This document shows, one piece after another, positions 1 through 13,274 of a stretch of 64,000 nucleotides of DNA. A model generated the notes under the pieces. That model made no database searches, had not been told where the DNA came from, and saw only the letters and a list, made by a program, of their open reading frames with translations. Within the stretch, counting starts at the first letter, position 1, and each line of letters starts with the position of its first letter. This DNA comes from Eledone cirrhosa (Eukaryota). Made by a program: the position numbers and the translations under genes. Where the stretch lies: positions 254,386,001 to 254,450,000 of the forward strand of contig OZ024743.1 in the NCBI GenBank assembly GCA_964016885.1. Direction: 5' to 3'.

Positions 1-349
1 AGGAATTTAACAGATAATTTTACAAAATTTTATTTACTTTCTTTATATTAGTAGTAAAGTAAAACCCAACTATTTAATAGCCCATCCAAAAGAGTGTGTC
101 ACAAACATGTTCATTTCTATAGAACAGTATATCAGTAACTTCGTCAATAATTCACCTACTGGCAGATATTGGACAGTGGCTTAAATCCTTTCATTATTGT
201 ATTTATAATCCAATATGCTGCCTATGTGTTTCAATTAATTTTGAAAATAACCAAACATTTGGTAGAATTTAATAAACTTTCTAAGTTTTTCATCAGTAAG
301 CTGATATTTAGAGCATGACTTAAAAAACATTCTAAAATAGAATTGTGAT

Positions 350-671
350 GAAACGTTTTACTATGAGAGGGATAAGTTGTGGTGTGCAAGAGAGAAGGCT
401 GAGATGGTATGGACATGTGATGCGCAAGGAGGATGACCGCTGGGTAAAGAAGTGCCAAGAAATCTCAGTAGTAGGAAGACGCAGTAGAGGTAGACAACGA
501 AAAATATGGGCAGAGGTGGTGAGAGCAGACCTCAGATTGCTGAAACTCATGGAGGAAATGACGAAGGACCGTGACAAGTAGAGAGATGCTGTGCTGAATA
601 GGACCCGTCCAACCCTTGCAAGCAGGGAAGAGAGGACGTAAAATTATGATGATGATGATGATGATGATGAT
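350..671 (+). mobile_element. 3' fragment of an RTE-clade LINE with (GAT)n tail
   Basis: ORF 345-581 carries the RTE C-terminal motif RRLRWYGHVMR...GRRSRGRQRKIW; it ends in an (ATG)n tail. Confidence 0.85.
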
Positions 672-699
672 TAACATTTTAAAATGAGCAGTTTTGAGT

Positions 700-1110
700 C
701 ATAAATCCAGGTGGATTTCATGTGGTGTGCTATCAAAAATGTTAATGGCAACTCAACATGGTAGGAATTTGCTGAATAAAATTCAACTTTTCCTCTCTTC
801 AGAATCTATAAATATAATTGTTTCTACTATTGGCATACACATATTTAGGTACTGGGACAGAGAGAATACCCTCTCTCTGTTCCATTGCATATGAAAAATC
901 CATGACCAAGGGCACAACATCCCCAGTGTTAAATGGACCATTATGAACAGAACAAGCCTTACCACCCTGTTAGCTGCAATTATTAACATATACTGGAGCA
1001 GCCTGTGATATCCATCAACAGGAAAACTGACCTAACATTTTCCCCCTTTTGGAGTAGCACCCTGTTAGCCAACTTCAAGCCACTGGTGCTGGATATCCCA
1101 CAAAAATCAA
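700..1110 (+). pseudogene. Degraded Penelope-like element C-terminal/GIY-YIG remnant
   Basis: Translation through a stop gives HIFRYWDRENTLSLFHCI*KIHDQGHNIPSVKWTIM, resembling the PLE endonuclease region H..F.....N.T.LS..IW.LK......IKW.I. Confidence 0.45.
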
Positions 1111-1459
1111 ATGTTCTTACACAAAATTATGATAGAATCATTTTAGATAAATGTATACAATTTATACTTAACAACTTAGTATTGTAGAAAGAGAGTGGAG
1201 ATAATAGCAAAGGGATTAAAAAGTATGCCATTGATATGTTGATATTGTAAATTCTAGGGCTGTCTATTAAATATAATTAATTTAAATTTAACAGCTGAGC
1301 ATTGTACCAGGGGCAATTTCAGGTGATTTCTTAGCAAAATTGTTAAAAAGAAAATATTCAATTGGTAGAATATAAAGTGTTGACATTGTAAACTCTATGG
1401 CTGTGTCTTAGTGAATGTATATGTCTTATGAGTGGAACTTTTATCTTGGATTTGACACG

Positions 1460-1890
1460 ATTATATGGATTAGAGATAACGTTCCCTTTGTGCAGGATAT
1501 TGTTCTATCAAAAGGTATCATTTCTAGATAATTTGGTAAATACTCCTTGTGGTAGCACCTAAGAGAACTGGGATGGTAATACGAAGTATTGTATTCAAAT
1601 GTTTACTAAATCACTGGATTCAAGTCCTGGAATGATGGGATTACATGGATTAGAGATAACTTGCCCTCTTTGGAAAATATTGGATCCAATCAAAAATAAC
1701 GTTTACTGATAATTTTAAAATATTCCAAGCAGCTGAACCAGAAGCAGTTAGATAAACTGAATTAATATAGTAGTATGAATGACTTTAACCAAATAACCAT
1801 CAAAACACTGGATTTAATAGGATTATATGAATTAGAGATAACTTGTCCCTGTATAGGATGTTGGATTGTTACAAAAGGTAGCATTTCAAT
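1460..1890. repeat. Degenerate ~181-bp tandem repeat, 3 partial copies
   Basis: ATG(G/A)ATTAGAGATAAC...CAAAA recurs at about 1465, 1646 and 1827. Confidence 0.6.
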
Positions 1891-1960
1891 ATAATTTAGG
1901 AAATATACCTCAATAATCATCAATGCAATCACCACTAATAACAAATATATGTATATATAT

Positions 1961-2040
1961 ATATATTTAGAAACACACAGATACATGCGGACACACACAT
2001 ATATACATGAATGCATCCGCACCCAACTGTGAGTTAATTG
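1961..2040 (-). mobile_element. Fragment of the same family as the 53.7-54.65 kb hammerhead element
   Basis: The reverse complement attaactcacagttgggtgcggatgcattcatgtat..gtgtccgcatgtatctgtgtgtttctaaatatat matches 53985-54060. Confidence 0.8.
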
Positions 2041-2063
2041 GGCTGGTCTGGTTATATATATAT

Positions 2064-2175
2064 ATAGAAATGGCTTCTACAGGACTAGAACTGTTTCATT
2101 CGGGAGAAATCATCAGGTATTCCTGATGATTGTTCCCGAATGAAACAGTTCTAGTCCTGTAGAAGCCATTTCTAT
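2064..2175. repeat. Near-perfect palindrome of two head-to-head hammerhead-like (CTGATGA..GAAAC) pLTR fragments
   Basis: ~54-bp inverted arms; CTGATGA at 2123 and GAAAC at 2142, mirrored on the minus strand; flanked by (TA)n. Confidence 0.7.
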
Positions 2176-2475
2176 TTTAAATATTTATATTCTGCTATGT
2201 ATTGAATACCTTACTTAATGAGTTTACACCAGATTGAACCCGGGATAAATTATACAAATATATATATATATGAAAAGATTCAGGAACCCGATGGCTAAGC
2301 TCTTACCATTTTGTTGGTGAATAAATAACAGTTATCCATTCACTCTCAAGATGGCAAGAGCTCAGCCATTGGGCACTAAATCTCTAAAACACCTACACTC
2401 AACTTTCCCATATATTGACTACTTAGGTCAACAATGGTCTTACTAGTCTAAATTCGTAACTCCCAACATATATAA

Positions 2476-3021
<546 letters not shown>

Positions 3022-3032
<11 letters not shown>

Positions 3033-5595
3033 CCTGGCTGACAAGTGGGTAGATAAAGTAATCTCAGTGAACAGGGTGAATGCAAGAATCATTAAACTCA
3101 GACTAGTCCTGAATAAAACAATTGCCACAATAATATCAGCTTACGCACCCCAATCGGGGTTGCCAGACGAACTTAAGGATAGGTTTTACGAGTCCCTAAT
3201 GCACACTACTGCTCTAACAAACGACAATGACTTCCCAATCATTGCAGGCGATTTTAACGGACACGTAGGTAAACACCGTGACAGCTTCTATAGAGTCCAT
3301 GGAGGCGATGGAGTTGGCACAAGAAATGAAGAAGGATTCAGGCTTCTAGAATTCTGCGACGCCAATGACATGTCGATATGTAACACAAACTTCAAAAAAC
3401 CCGACAACCACCTAATCACCTATAGATCAGGGGAGCATTCTAGTCAGATAGATTTTATCTTCATGAGAGGACGTGACAGATGGACAGTCATAAACACAAA
3501 AGCCTTCCCTAGTGAGGAACGTACCTCCCAACATAGCTTAGTTGTCAGCGACCTCACGGTCAGAACTAGACAAACCTGGAAACAGAAGCTAACCTGGAGA
3601 AGAAAGATCTGGACGCTGAAAGACCCCTCAGTCAGTAACAGATTTAAAGATATTTTACTCAACGCCTACGACAGTAAAGAAGAACAGATAGAGACATTCA
3701 AAGTAGAAGAGCACTGGGAGTTCCTAAAAAATAACTTACTAAAGGCAACGGATGAGATCTGTGGCTGGAGTAAGACCACAGGCAGGAGGAGAGTGACTTG
3801 GTGGTGGAACAATAATGTAGATGAGGCAGTTAAGGCCAAGAGACAAGCATGGAAAGAATGGAAGAATGGGGGAAGCAGGGTACATTGCATAGAGACTGGG
3901 AAGGAAGCTAGGCGACAAGTATACTTAGCTAGGAGGGAAGCAGAGGATAGAAAATTCAAGCATGTTTTGCAACGTGAGGACCAGAAACAGAAGGTGTTCA
4001 AGATCACGAGGCAGTGTGTCAGAGAGAATTGTGATGTCATTGGAGAGATGTGTATCCGGAATGATAAAGGTGAGCTTGCTCTCACAAGTGCTGAGAAGAA
4101 AGAAGCGTGGAAGAGCCATTATGATAGATTATTAAATGAGGAGAATGAATGGGAAGAAGAGACCCTACTCCAAGTAGACCCTATAGATGGGCTGGCAGTA
4201 CAAGTCAGCAGCAGTGTAGTAAGTAAGGCAATCAAAGATATGAAGACGGGGAAGGCAACCGGTCCACCGGGTATAACTACCGAGATGCTGAAGGGATCTG
4301 GTTCGGTAGGTCACACTATAAACACACGTATTGTTAACCAGGTAATACTAGAAGGTGTCATACCAAAGGATTTGTGCAGTACATCATTGTCAACTGCCTA
4401 CAAAGGTAAACGTGATGCACTAGATAGAAGAAACTATAGAGGTATACAGCTGATGGACCAGGTCATAAAAGTAACAGAAATAGTTATAGCACAGTTGATT
4501 AGAGACCGAGTGAAACTAGATGAGATGCAATTTGGGTTTTTGCCAGGAAGAGGCACCACTGATGCCCTCTTCTTTGTGAGACAGTTACAGGAAAAGTACC
4601 TAGCTAAAAGTAAGTCACTCTACCTGGCATTCGTCGATCTCGTGAAAGCCTTTGACAGAGTTCCCCGTGCTATAATCTGGTGGGCTCTTAGAAAACAAGG
4701 AATAGATGAATGGCTTGTGAAAGCTGTACAAGCCATGTATAGGGAAGCAGTCAGCAAAGTTAGGATTAGCAATGAGTATAGCGAGGAATTTAGCATACAA
4801 GTCGGTGTCCACCAGGGCTCTGCTCTTAGCCCTCTCCTGTTTATCATAGTCCTGCAGGCAATAACGGAGGAGTTTAAGACCGAATGCCCATGGGAAATCC
4901 TGTATGCAGATGATCTTGCACATATAGCTGAATCTATGGTAGAACTAGAGAAGAAATTCCAAACTTGGAAGCAGGGACTAGAACGAAAGGGTCTCAAAGT
5001 CAACCTGACAAAGACTAAGGTCCTTGTAAGTAGACGAGAAAACAGAACCCAGATACCCTCAGCGAAATGGCCATGCTCAGTATGTAGGAAAGGTGTAGGT
5101 AGGAACTCCATTCTCTGTCCCAAATGCAAAAAATGGGTACACAAGAGATGTAGCGGGATCTCAGGAAGCTTAATTAAGAATGTAGGCTTCACATGTAGCA
5201 GCTGTGCTGGGACAGCAAGCAGCAAACAGCCACAGGAAACAAGTACCACAAATCTCTGGAAGGGCTCTGTAGAAACAGTAGACAGCTTCTGCTACCTAGG
5301 TGACCGAATTAGCAGCGGAGGTGGGTGTTCGGGAAGTACAATAACTAGGGTAAGAATGGGATGGAAGAAGTTCAGGAAACTACTGCCACTGCTAGCTGCA
5401 AAAGGCTTTTCCCTCAAAATGAAAGGCCGACTGTATGATGCATGCATACGAACAGCAATGTTACATGGTAGTGAGACCTGGGCCCTGAAGGTGGAAGACT
5501 TACGTAGATTAGAAAGAAACAAAGCCTGCATGCTCCGATGGATGTCTAATATACACAAACAGCATAGCATAAATGAATTGAGAGAGAGAGACTGA
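3022..5595 (+). CDS. RTE ORF (APE-RT-PHD), frameshifted into 5619-5951; the first codons come from flanking DNA
   Basis: 857-aa ORF; the RWYGHV C-terminus lies in the next frame. Confidence 0.85.
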
Positions 5596-6166
5596 GCATA
5601 AGATGAATCAAATGCTGTGTGCAGGAGAGGCAGTGGCGTTGGTATGGACATGTGATGTGTATGAAGGATGACAGCTGCATAAAAAGTTGCAGAGCACTAG
5701 AAGTCGATAGAAACCGCGGAGTGGGGAGATCCAAGAAGACCTGGGATGAGGTGATAAAAACCAACCTTACCCAATCAGACCTCTCAAAGGCGATGACACA
5801 AGACCGTGACCTCTGGTGTCACGCAGTAATACAGAAGACCCCACGGGCACAAACAAAAGCTGAAGCATATAGACAATATGCCCCCACACCCTCCCACTGC
5901 AAAGTGGTCATGAAGGTGCCATGGCAAAAAAGCACCCAGCCCACACTGTAAAGTTGACGTGTAGGCACAATGGAAAAAAAGCATCCAGCACTCACTGTAA
6001 ATGAGGTTGGTGTTAGGAAGGACATCCAGCTGTAGAAATCAAGCCAGAATCAGTTACCGTATAAGCAAGACAAGGTCAGCCGACCGGACACTGCCCACAA
6101 CAGGACAACCCGTCTAACCCATGCTAGCATGGAAGAAAGGACGTAAAACGATGATGATGATGATGA
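3033..6166 (+). mobile_element. 5'-truncated RTE-clade LINE (AP endonuclease, RT, PHD-like finger)
   Basis: APE motifs (SAYAPQ, GDFNGHVG, SQIDF, SQH), RT motifs (QFGF, FVDLVKAFD, QGSALSP, YADD), 3' UTR and (GAT)n tail. Confidence 0.95.
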
Positions 6167-6421
6167 TCTTATCACAAAAGTCTTTTTACTATACGTATAG
6201 TATCCAGCTGTCTATGGCTACCCTTTGTACTGAGAATACTCAAGTTTTACATATTCAAAAACACTCATCACTTCAAACCTTTTCAATTAATATATATATA
6301 TATATTGTTATATTTGGGGAGGGTCAAATTGTTATAATATTCCCAGAAATAATAATTGTTTCTATTCCCAGAAATAATAATAAAACACACTCACTGTTTG
6401 GTTTCATATCAAAAACCTTAT

Positions 6422-6466
<45 letters not shown>

Positions 6467-6605
6467 GTTTAACGTCCATTTTCCACGCGTGCATGGGTCT
6501 GGACGGTAATTGTCCCACTTGAGGCAAGATTGGTTGTCTTGCTCAGGACTGTCTGACGGGTTTTCTACGGCTGGATGCCCTTCCTAACACCAACCACGTT
6601 TACAC
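6422..6605 (-). mobile_element. RTE-tailed SINE or LINE 3' fragment
   Basis: (CAT)n followed by cgtttaacgtcc...ggctggatgcccttcctaacaccaacc, homologous to the RTE 3' UTR at 6005-6166. Confidence 0.7.
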
Positions 6606-6899
6606 TGTATATATATACGTATATGAAAATATTCAAGACTCCGACGACAGAGCTCAAGCTGGTGCATTATGGTCCACCTGGTTCCTTACCACATTTCCTT
6701 CATTATATATATATAGATAGATAGATATAGATATATAGAGAGATGTGTGTGTGTGTGCATGTGTGAGTGTGTATGTGTGCATGAGTATGTTTTTGTCTGT
6801 ACATTGGGCTTGAACTTAAGGACTTTATATTAGATACCATTATCATGCAGGCAGCAAAGTAACAGAGTCATTACAGCATCACATAAAATAAATCCCTTG

Positions 6900-7180
6900 T
6901 CGTATTCATTCTGGCTTTCTACATTTGAAGTTCAAATACTGCCATGGTAAACTTTACTTTTCTTCTTCCAGGTTTGTGTGTGTATGTGATAAATAAATTA
7001 TCACACTAATAGAGAGGTCATTTCTTTGTCTATTTATCGATATATACATTGAATTGGTGAGTATGTTTACTTACTAATGGTTAACCAGTTTGAGCATTCA
7101 ATGCTAGTATGTGGAAGAAGAAAAGTAAAGTTGACCATGGCAGTATTTGAACTTCAAATGTAGAAAGCTAGAATGAATAC
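6900..7180. repeat. Inverted pair of ~70-bp SINE fragments
   Basis: 6902-6970 is nearly the reverse complement of 7112-7180. Confidence 0.75.
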
Positions 7181-7272
7181 CACAATATGTGGGTCTGATT
7201 ACCAATGTGGGATTTTACATTTGGGACTTCACCATTATGGGTATCCTTAAGAAACAGATTGTTAATAATATT

Positions 7273-7526
7273 AATAAGGAGCAGGAATGAAATATCAATA
7301 TAAAATCAATATATCTATTCACATGTGACACACGTTTTGCAATTGATTAGCTCAAGGTACGATCAGATCTGATTCTGAATTCAAGATCTCATTAGGCTTG
7401 TGGATTCTCGAATGAGTCAGGCCTGATCACTACCGATCGTACTTTGAGCTGATCAATTGCAAAATGCACATCACATATAAATAAACACATTGATGTTGTT
7501 GTGATACTTTTTTCCTGCTCCTTATT
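7273..7526. repeat. Degenerate fold-back with ~90-bp arms, pLTR-like
   Basis: aataaggagcaggaa...gtacgatc versus gatcgtac...ttcctgctccttatt. Confidence 0.7.
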
Positions 7527-8159
7527 ACACACACACACATATATATATATATATAAATAGACCTAGAGAGGAATGGGCTACATTAGTTTTGTCAGGTTTA
7601 ATTTATGAATCTCATATTTTTTATGATTTTCATGTGAATGTCCATGGTTGGTGAGGTGGCTGCACATATGACAGTGGGTCAGGGTGCCAAGGGTTAGAAG
7701 TGTCGTATGTCACAACAGAAACCCCACAACTCCATCATAATTTGAAGGCTCAATGCAATGCAAAGTAATGCAAACCAATACAAGGGAAGGTATCATTATC
7801 AAATATCTCTCTTCTTATTCCAAATATTGGTTGATCTATCGTAAATCTCATCGATCAAATATTTTCACATTATTTTGAAATAATATAAGGATGAGTTAGT
7901 TAAATAGGTTTGCAAAAAATGTATAAAAATGATGCAATAATTCCATGGTGATAATGATGGACAATTCAGGAAGGTTCCTTAACCCATTGCAGTCATTTCT
8001 ATCTGGTCTCTGTTGACCCTGACGATGAGAAAAAAATTGCTTAGAAGGAAATAAAAAAAAATTGTAAAAAAATGAAAAAATAATCCCCCCAGTGCCAAAA
8101 AACCATCTCATCTGTTATTTTTCCTCATTTCTTTAAGAAATGACAACAACAACAACAAC

Positions 8160-8202
<43 letters not shown>

Positions 8203-8594
8203 GTAACAGTAACAACAACAAAACTAACAACCAAGAAATAAACACCAGGGATTTATTTGTTTTCTTGTTAAATGGCTTTCACTCCTGTAACAGACTGCAC
8301 AATATTTGACTTCTTTTTTTGAATTATCATTAATTTTTTCCTGTTAATATTGTTATTGTTACTCTTGTTGTTATAGTTATTTTTTATTGTTAGTAATTTT
8401 TTTTTTTTTTTGTTAGTTTTCTTATTGCAATTATATCAATATTGAAAGGATAATCTTTGTTGGTGTTCATCTTCATATTATTATTATCATTATCATTATT
8501 ATTATTATTAATTCTAAGAAATGTTTTATGAAAGATGGGTGAAAGCATCATGCTTGATGAGACAGAATGGGTTGACTGTGACTATGGTTTTCTA

Positions 8595-8895
8595 AGCTGG
8601 AGGAAATAAACTGGGAGAGGGCACTTTCAATGCACATGAGGTGATAGAGTAATATGGGGTTTTGTGTGGGGTTCTTCCTGTAATTACCCTAAAGTGCAGT
8701 CCCCACATATTAGGAACTGCTCCTAGTTGACATTCGTTATTGTTTTCTATTGTTATCAGTAATATTTTTTTAAAATGTATATTATCATTATACTTACTGT
8801 TATCTCTTTGGTGACACCCCACTCTGTGTTATTTTGTCCATGCATTGTATCCAATGTCTTGGGTTTTGTGGCCAATAAAAGAAATCATTATTATT
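8595..8895 (+). mobile_element. Tx1-like LINE 3' UTR fragment
   Basis: Shares aaactgggagagggcactt and tgtgg..aataaa.gaaatcattatt with 45430-45672. Confidence 0.65.
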
Positions 8896-9559
8896 CATTC
8901 TAAGAAATTACTATCATACTATTCAAGGTAACCATTAACATTATCATCTTTATTATTATTTTTTTTTTTTTAACTTTAAGAAATATTATTTTGATGAGAA
9001 ATTATTATTATTACTCTTATTAATATAATTATTATTATTTGCTGTTATTGTTGTTTTCTTTCTCCTTAATATCTTCCTCTTCTAATTATTCACTTCTTTC
9101 CCTGTTGTCTGTTTTTCACGTCAATATTAAGTGATTTCCTCAAACGATTCTTGCCTGATTACAATGGAAATTTATTATTCCAGCCTGATAGGGAAATCTC
9201 TGTTTTATTCATTGATAAAAATCTGAGAATTGCCATTCTGTAAAGAAATATGATGCTGCCATCATCAAGTGGAAACTTAAAGTTTAATGTTTGGCAGGAC
9301 CAGTGTTATTTTTAAGGCCAGCTCAGCAGCTGTGTAGGGCACATACCTCAGAGCAGCACGCTACTCAATCTTAAAAGATCAAGGTTTTACACAAATTTGT
9401 ATAATTAAATAAATATATAATAATTTCCTCTGATCAATAAATATATAACCAAATGCCTTTGTGCCATTTGGAAATATCCAAAGCAGTGGAGAGTGTCATA
9501 TAGTGTTGTGACCTGACATGAATTAAGTATGGATTGTGTAGTGGAAATTGCAAGCTTGA

Positions 9560-9785
9560 TAATGGTTTCTGATTCAGGTACAAGGCCAACCATTTTAGGG
9601 CAGAGGAAAGTCAATTAAATTGCCCTCAGTGCGTTACTGGTGCTTTATTTTATCAACCTCATAAAGGTGAAAGGCAAACCTAACCTAACCTCTGCAGGAT
9701 TTGATCTCAGAACATAAAGGGTCGTAATACTATGCTGCAAGGCATGGTGTCTGATGCTCTACTGATACTGCCAATTCACCACTTA
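9560..9785 (-). mobile_element. tRNA-derived SINE (family A)
   Basis: Diverged reverse complement of the SINE at 48250-48436. Confidence 0.75.
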
Positions 9786-11352
9786 ATAATGTTCTTAGAG
9801 TGGTCAGATCAAGAAGTGTCAAAAACTAGATTTATCAGCTTACCAAACTGTAAGTTAAAATTATTTCATTTGGGAGAATGTGGTGCATAACTAGGAAATG
9901 GGAATGAGCATTGTAAGGCTTGTCAAGTGCATTAGATACCCAAGTTTTGGCTCTGGTTGCTGCCACAATCAACTGGAAAATTAAAGTTTAGTACTTGGTA
10001 GTTACTTCTAGAGAACCATTATAAACCCCAGAGGAATGGAAATCCTTCCTTAGGAATTTATTTTTGTGTCTTGGTATCTTTGAGTGTTTGTGCTTCCTAA
10101 AGCTGAGCTGGGAAACCTCATGAACATAATATTAATGTATTGTTTCTTTTTTAATGTTGTAAATTCAACATTGTTATTGTTATTTTTCTACTTCACTCAG
10201 ATGATTGTGAGGGTAGAGTCCTCAAACATGCCATCTAAAGGCTCAAATCAGAAGGAAATGTCTCCAAGTAATCTGGTTGGATTTTCAAGTGAGACTACCT
10301 GAGCTTATGAATGCTATCCAACCATCTTATCCAGTTTGCTCTAGAACTTGAATATTGCTGTAAATGTTGTTATTGTTGTATCGTTAAGTGTTTTGTTGTT
10401 GATGTTATGTTAAAGTGGAAACTTCAATGTTTGATGCTTGAGATTATTTAAGTCTTCTACAGAGCTAATATAAACCTGATTTGAATTTTCGATAATATTT
10501 TTTCTCCAATATTGGAACTTCAACATTATTGCTGTTATTGACGTTGGTGTTATAACTGAATGTTTTGTTGCTGTTAATAGTGATATTAATGTGAAAATCT
10601 TAAGGTTTAACACAAAGTTACATATGGCTTCTACAAGGCCAATAGAGCTTCCTCTTTCATTTTGAAGATATTTCTTTTTTCTCTTCGAATTTTGGAATTT
10701 CAATCTTGCTAATACTATTGTTCTTGTTTTTATATTTTTGCTGTTGTTGGCATTCATAAAATTAATGTTGGTAAATGTGTTTCATAAAAAAAAATAATAA
10801 ATGAAACCTCTCCCTATATCCATCCAGGACAAAATCTGACATATTTCATTTGAAACACATACAAATTATTGCCAATTTGTCAATTGTTAATTGGAATGAT
10901 TTCATATAAATCATCTTCGTCAATGAATCAGTGTGATATTTATAATACACCATATTTATAATACACAATATTTATAATACACCATTGTCATTTATCATTC
11001 ACACAAATATTGATTTCTATGTGAGGTAGAAAACCACAAATTTAGGGCAGTGGGGTAGAGTCGATTAAATCAACATTGGCAACAAAGATAGCATTAGCAA
11101 TGGAAATACCAATTGAAATATGGTTTCCTTTCTTCAATTTGGAGGATCACTGATCTTCAGATCAATCATTATTATCATTTACTTCAGTGTGACCACAGTC
11201 TAACAATTGAAACTAGTGATAGAATAAAAACAAATCATGAAACTGAATTGAAAGTTGATACTTGTAGTATTTAGTTTGAAAGTAAATACTTAACTCTCTC
11301 TGATAGAACACATTGCCCATGATATTCAAATATTAGAATGTTGTAGTTTTAA

Positions 11353-11592
11353 TTAACCTTTAGAATTTAAATTGGCAGTATCCTGCCAGAACTCTCTTAC
11401 CTATTTCTGTTCAAACCAGCCGTAACTGGCTGCTAATACTTACATTAATGTTTTCAAAATGATGTTTTCAATTGTTGTTTTCAAAATGAATAACATCAAA
11501 ATCTAACAAGATAATTATGTAAGATAAAACATTTACTGTGAAAATACAATAGTATATATATATATAGAGTAATGTAAGTGCTAAAGGGTTAA
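11353..11592. mobile_element. TTAA-flanked MITE (piggyBac-like)
   Basis: TTAA-CCTTTAG...CTAAAGGG-TTAA termini. Confidence 0.55.
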
Positions 11593-11840
11593 GATGAATC
11601 AATGTTAATTTAGTAATATGCTGCTAACTTGAATATATATATATATGTATATATATACATATATATATTATATATAACATTTAGTACAGTGCGTCAATCT
11701 TCCAACTAACTCTGCACCAGTTTTGTCAGTAGGTTGTAGCTAAAACAATGTTCAAATTTCCAGAGATTCATTGCATTAGTTATTGTTCTGTTGCTTTACA
11801 TATTTGCTTTCTCTTTGTATGTGTATGTAGATAACTAAGC

Positions 11841-11893
<53 letters not shown>

Positions 11894-12149
11894 TGTGTGT
11901 GTATTTTCATATGTTTTTTGTTTTACTTAAACAAAAAACAAATGAAGAATTCTTACTTATTATTGATTCACAAAAGAAACACAGCATAAATATAATAAAG
12001 AAACAGAGAAAACGGAAAAATAAATTTGATTCTTGCTGAGATCTTCTACTCCCTTCCTCTCTATGGAATAAGTATTTAATTAAATATAAGAGTGTAAGAA
12101 AATTGTTTCTCTCTGCTAACTTCATGCAACATTACATACATATATATAT

Positions 12150-12540
12150 AATAATTGTTTCTACTTTTGACACAAGGCCAGCAATTATCCCAGGGAATTT
12201 ATTTTATTGACCCTCTAAGGATGAAAGACAAATTTAACCTCAGGGAGATTTGAACTGATACAGTAAAGGAGCGTAACTCTATGCTGCAAAGCATGGTGTC
12301 CAATCTTCTACTGATAGTGTCAATCCACCGTTTTTATATATATATATAATAATTGTTTCGACTTTTGACACAAGGCCAGCAATTACCCAGTGCATTACTG
12401 GTACTTTATTTTATCGACCCTGTAAGGATGAAATGCAAGGTTAACCTTGGTGGGATTTGAACTCAGAATGGAAAGGGCCATAACTTTATACGTCAAAGCA
12501 TGGCATCCGACCCTCTACCGATACTGCCAATCCACAATAA
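12150..12540 (-). mobile_element. Two tandem tRNA-derived SINEs (family A)
   Basis: Two copies at ~12150-12330 and ~12348-12540, with A-box TGGCAGTATCGGTAG, B-box GAGTTCAAATCC and the core tttcatccttac.gggtcgataaaataaagtaccag on the minus strand. Confidence 0.85.
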
Positions 12541-12566
12541 TAAGCATAGACGAGGTGTCAAATTTT

Positions 12567-12683
12567 CATTACATTTATTCAGGTGTAACACCTGTTTCAC
12601 AATTGACCATCTCAAGGTTCGATCTCTATCAATTCGGACCTACTCTGGAATGTAAAGCTCATCAGACTTCTGTTAACGCAATG
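12567..12683 (-). ncRNA. Fossil type I hammerhead ribozyme with the cleavage site lost
   Basis: Minus strand reads CTGATGA (12665-12659), a long stem II, GAAAC-AGGTG-tta-CACCTG, and distal stem I cattgcgtt/aatgtaatg. Confidence 0.55.
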
Positions 12684-12895
12684 CCAGAATGACTTCTGTA
12701 CACCTCTAAAAAATATAGTTATATTTGTTTTCATTCCTTTATGGTAGTCAATAAAATATATTATTCATTCATTCAGATGTTTACGTATTAGAGACAGTTA
12801 ACTTTCTGGAGTTATGAATTAATAGCCATATATATATGTCATGCAAGTATGGAAAATAGACATGTAAATGATGTTGATGATGATAACCTATATAT

Positions 12896-12947
<52 letters not shown>

Positions 12948-12949
<2 letters not shown>

Positions 12950-13242
12950 GGTGGCTGCCCCCTATTATCGAGTATGGCCATTGCACGAGGAGAAATAAAA
13001 AAAAAAAATATAATAATAATAATAAATAAATAAAAAAAAATAAAAAAAAAAAATAAAATAAATAAATATATATATATATATATATACATACACATACACA
13101 CACACACACTCACACACATACACACACACACATACATTAATAACAAAAATAATAATAATAATCACAACAATAATAATAACGACAACAACAATAATAATAT
13201 ACATATACATATATATATACACACACACGCACACACATAAGC

Positions 13243-13274
<32 letters not shown>

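Noticed and set aside
270-300. CTGATGA..GAAA on the minus strand, and CTGATGA at 25688 and 27675
   Set aside because: No supporting stems; expected by chance or part of a SINE tail
3444-5249. Antisense ORFs overlapping LINE ORFs (also at 40017-42376 and 60671-63669)
   Set aside because: Shadow frames of retroelement coding sequence
10200-10302. Possible exon after ttcactcag, and a 7-nt micro-exon at 28321-28327
   Set aside because: Splice-like signals only, with no homology or partner exons
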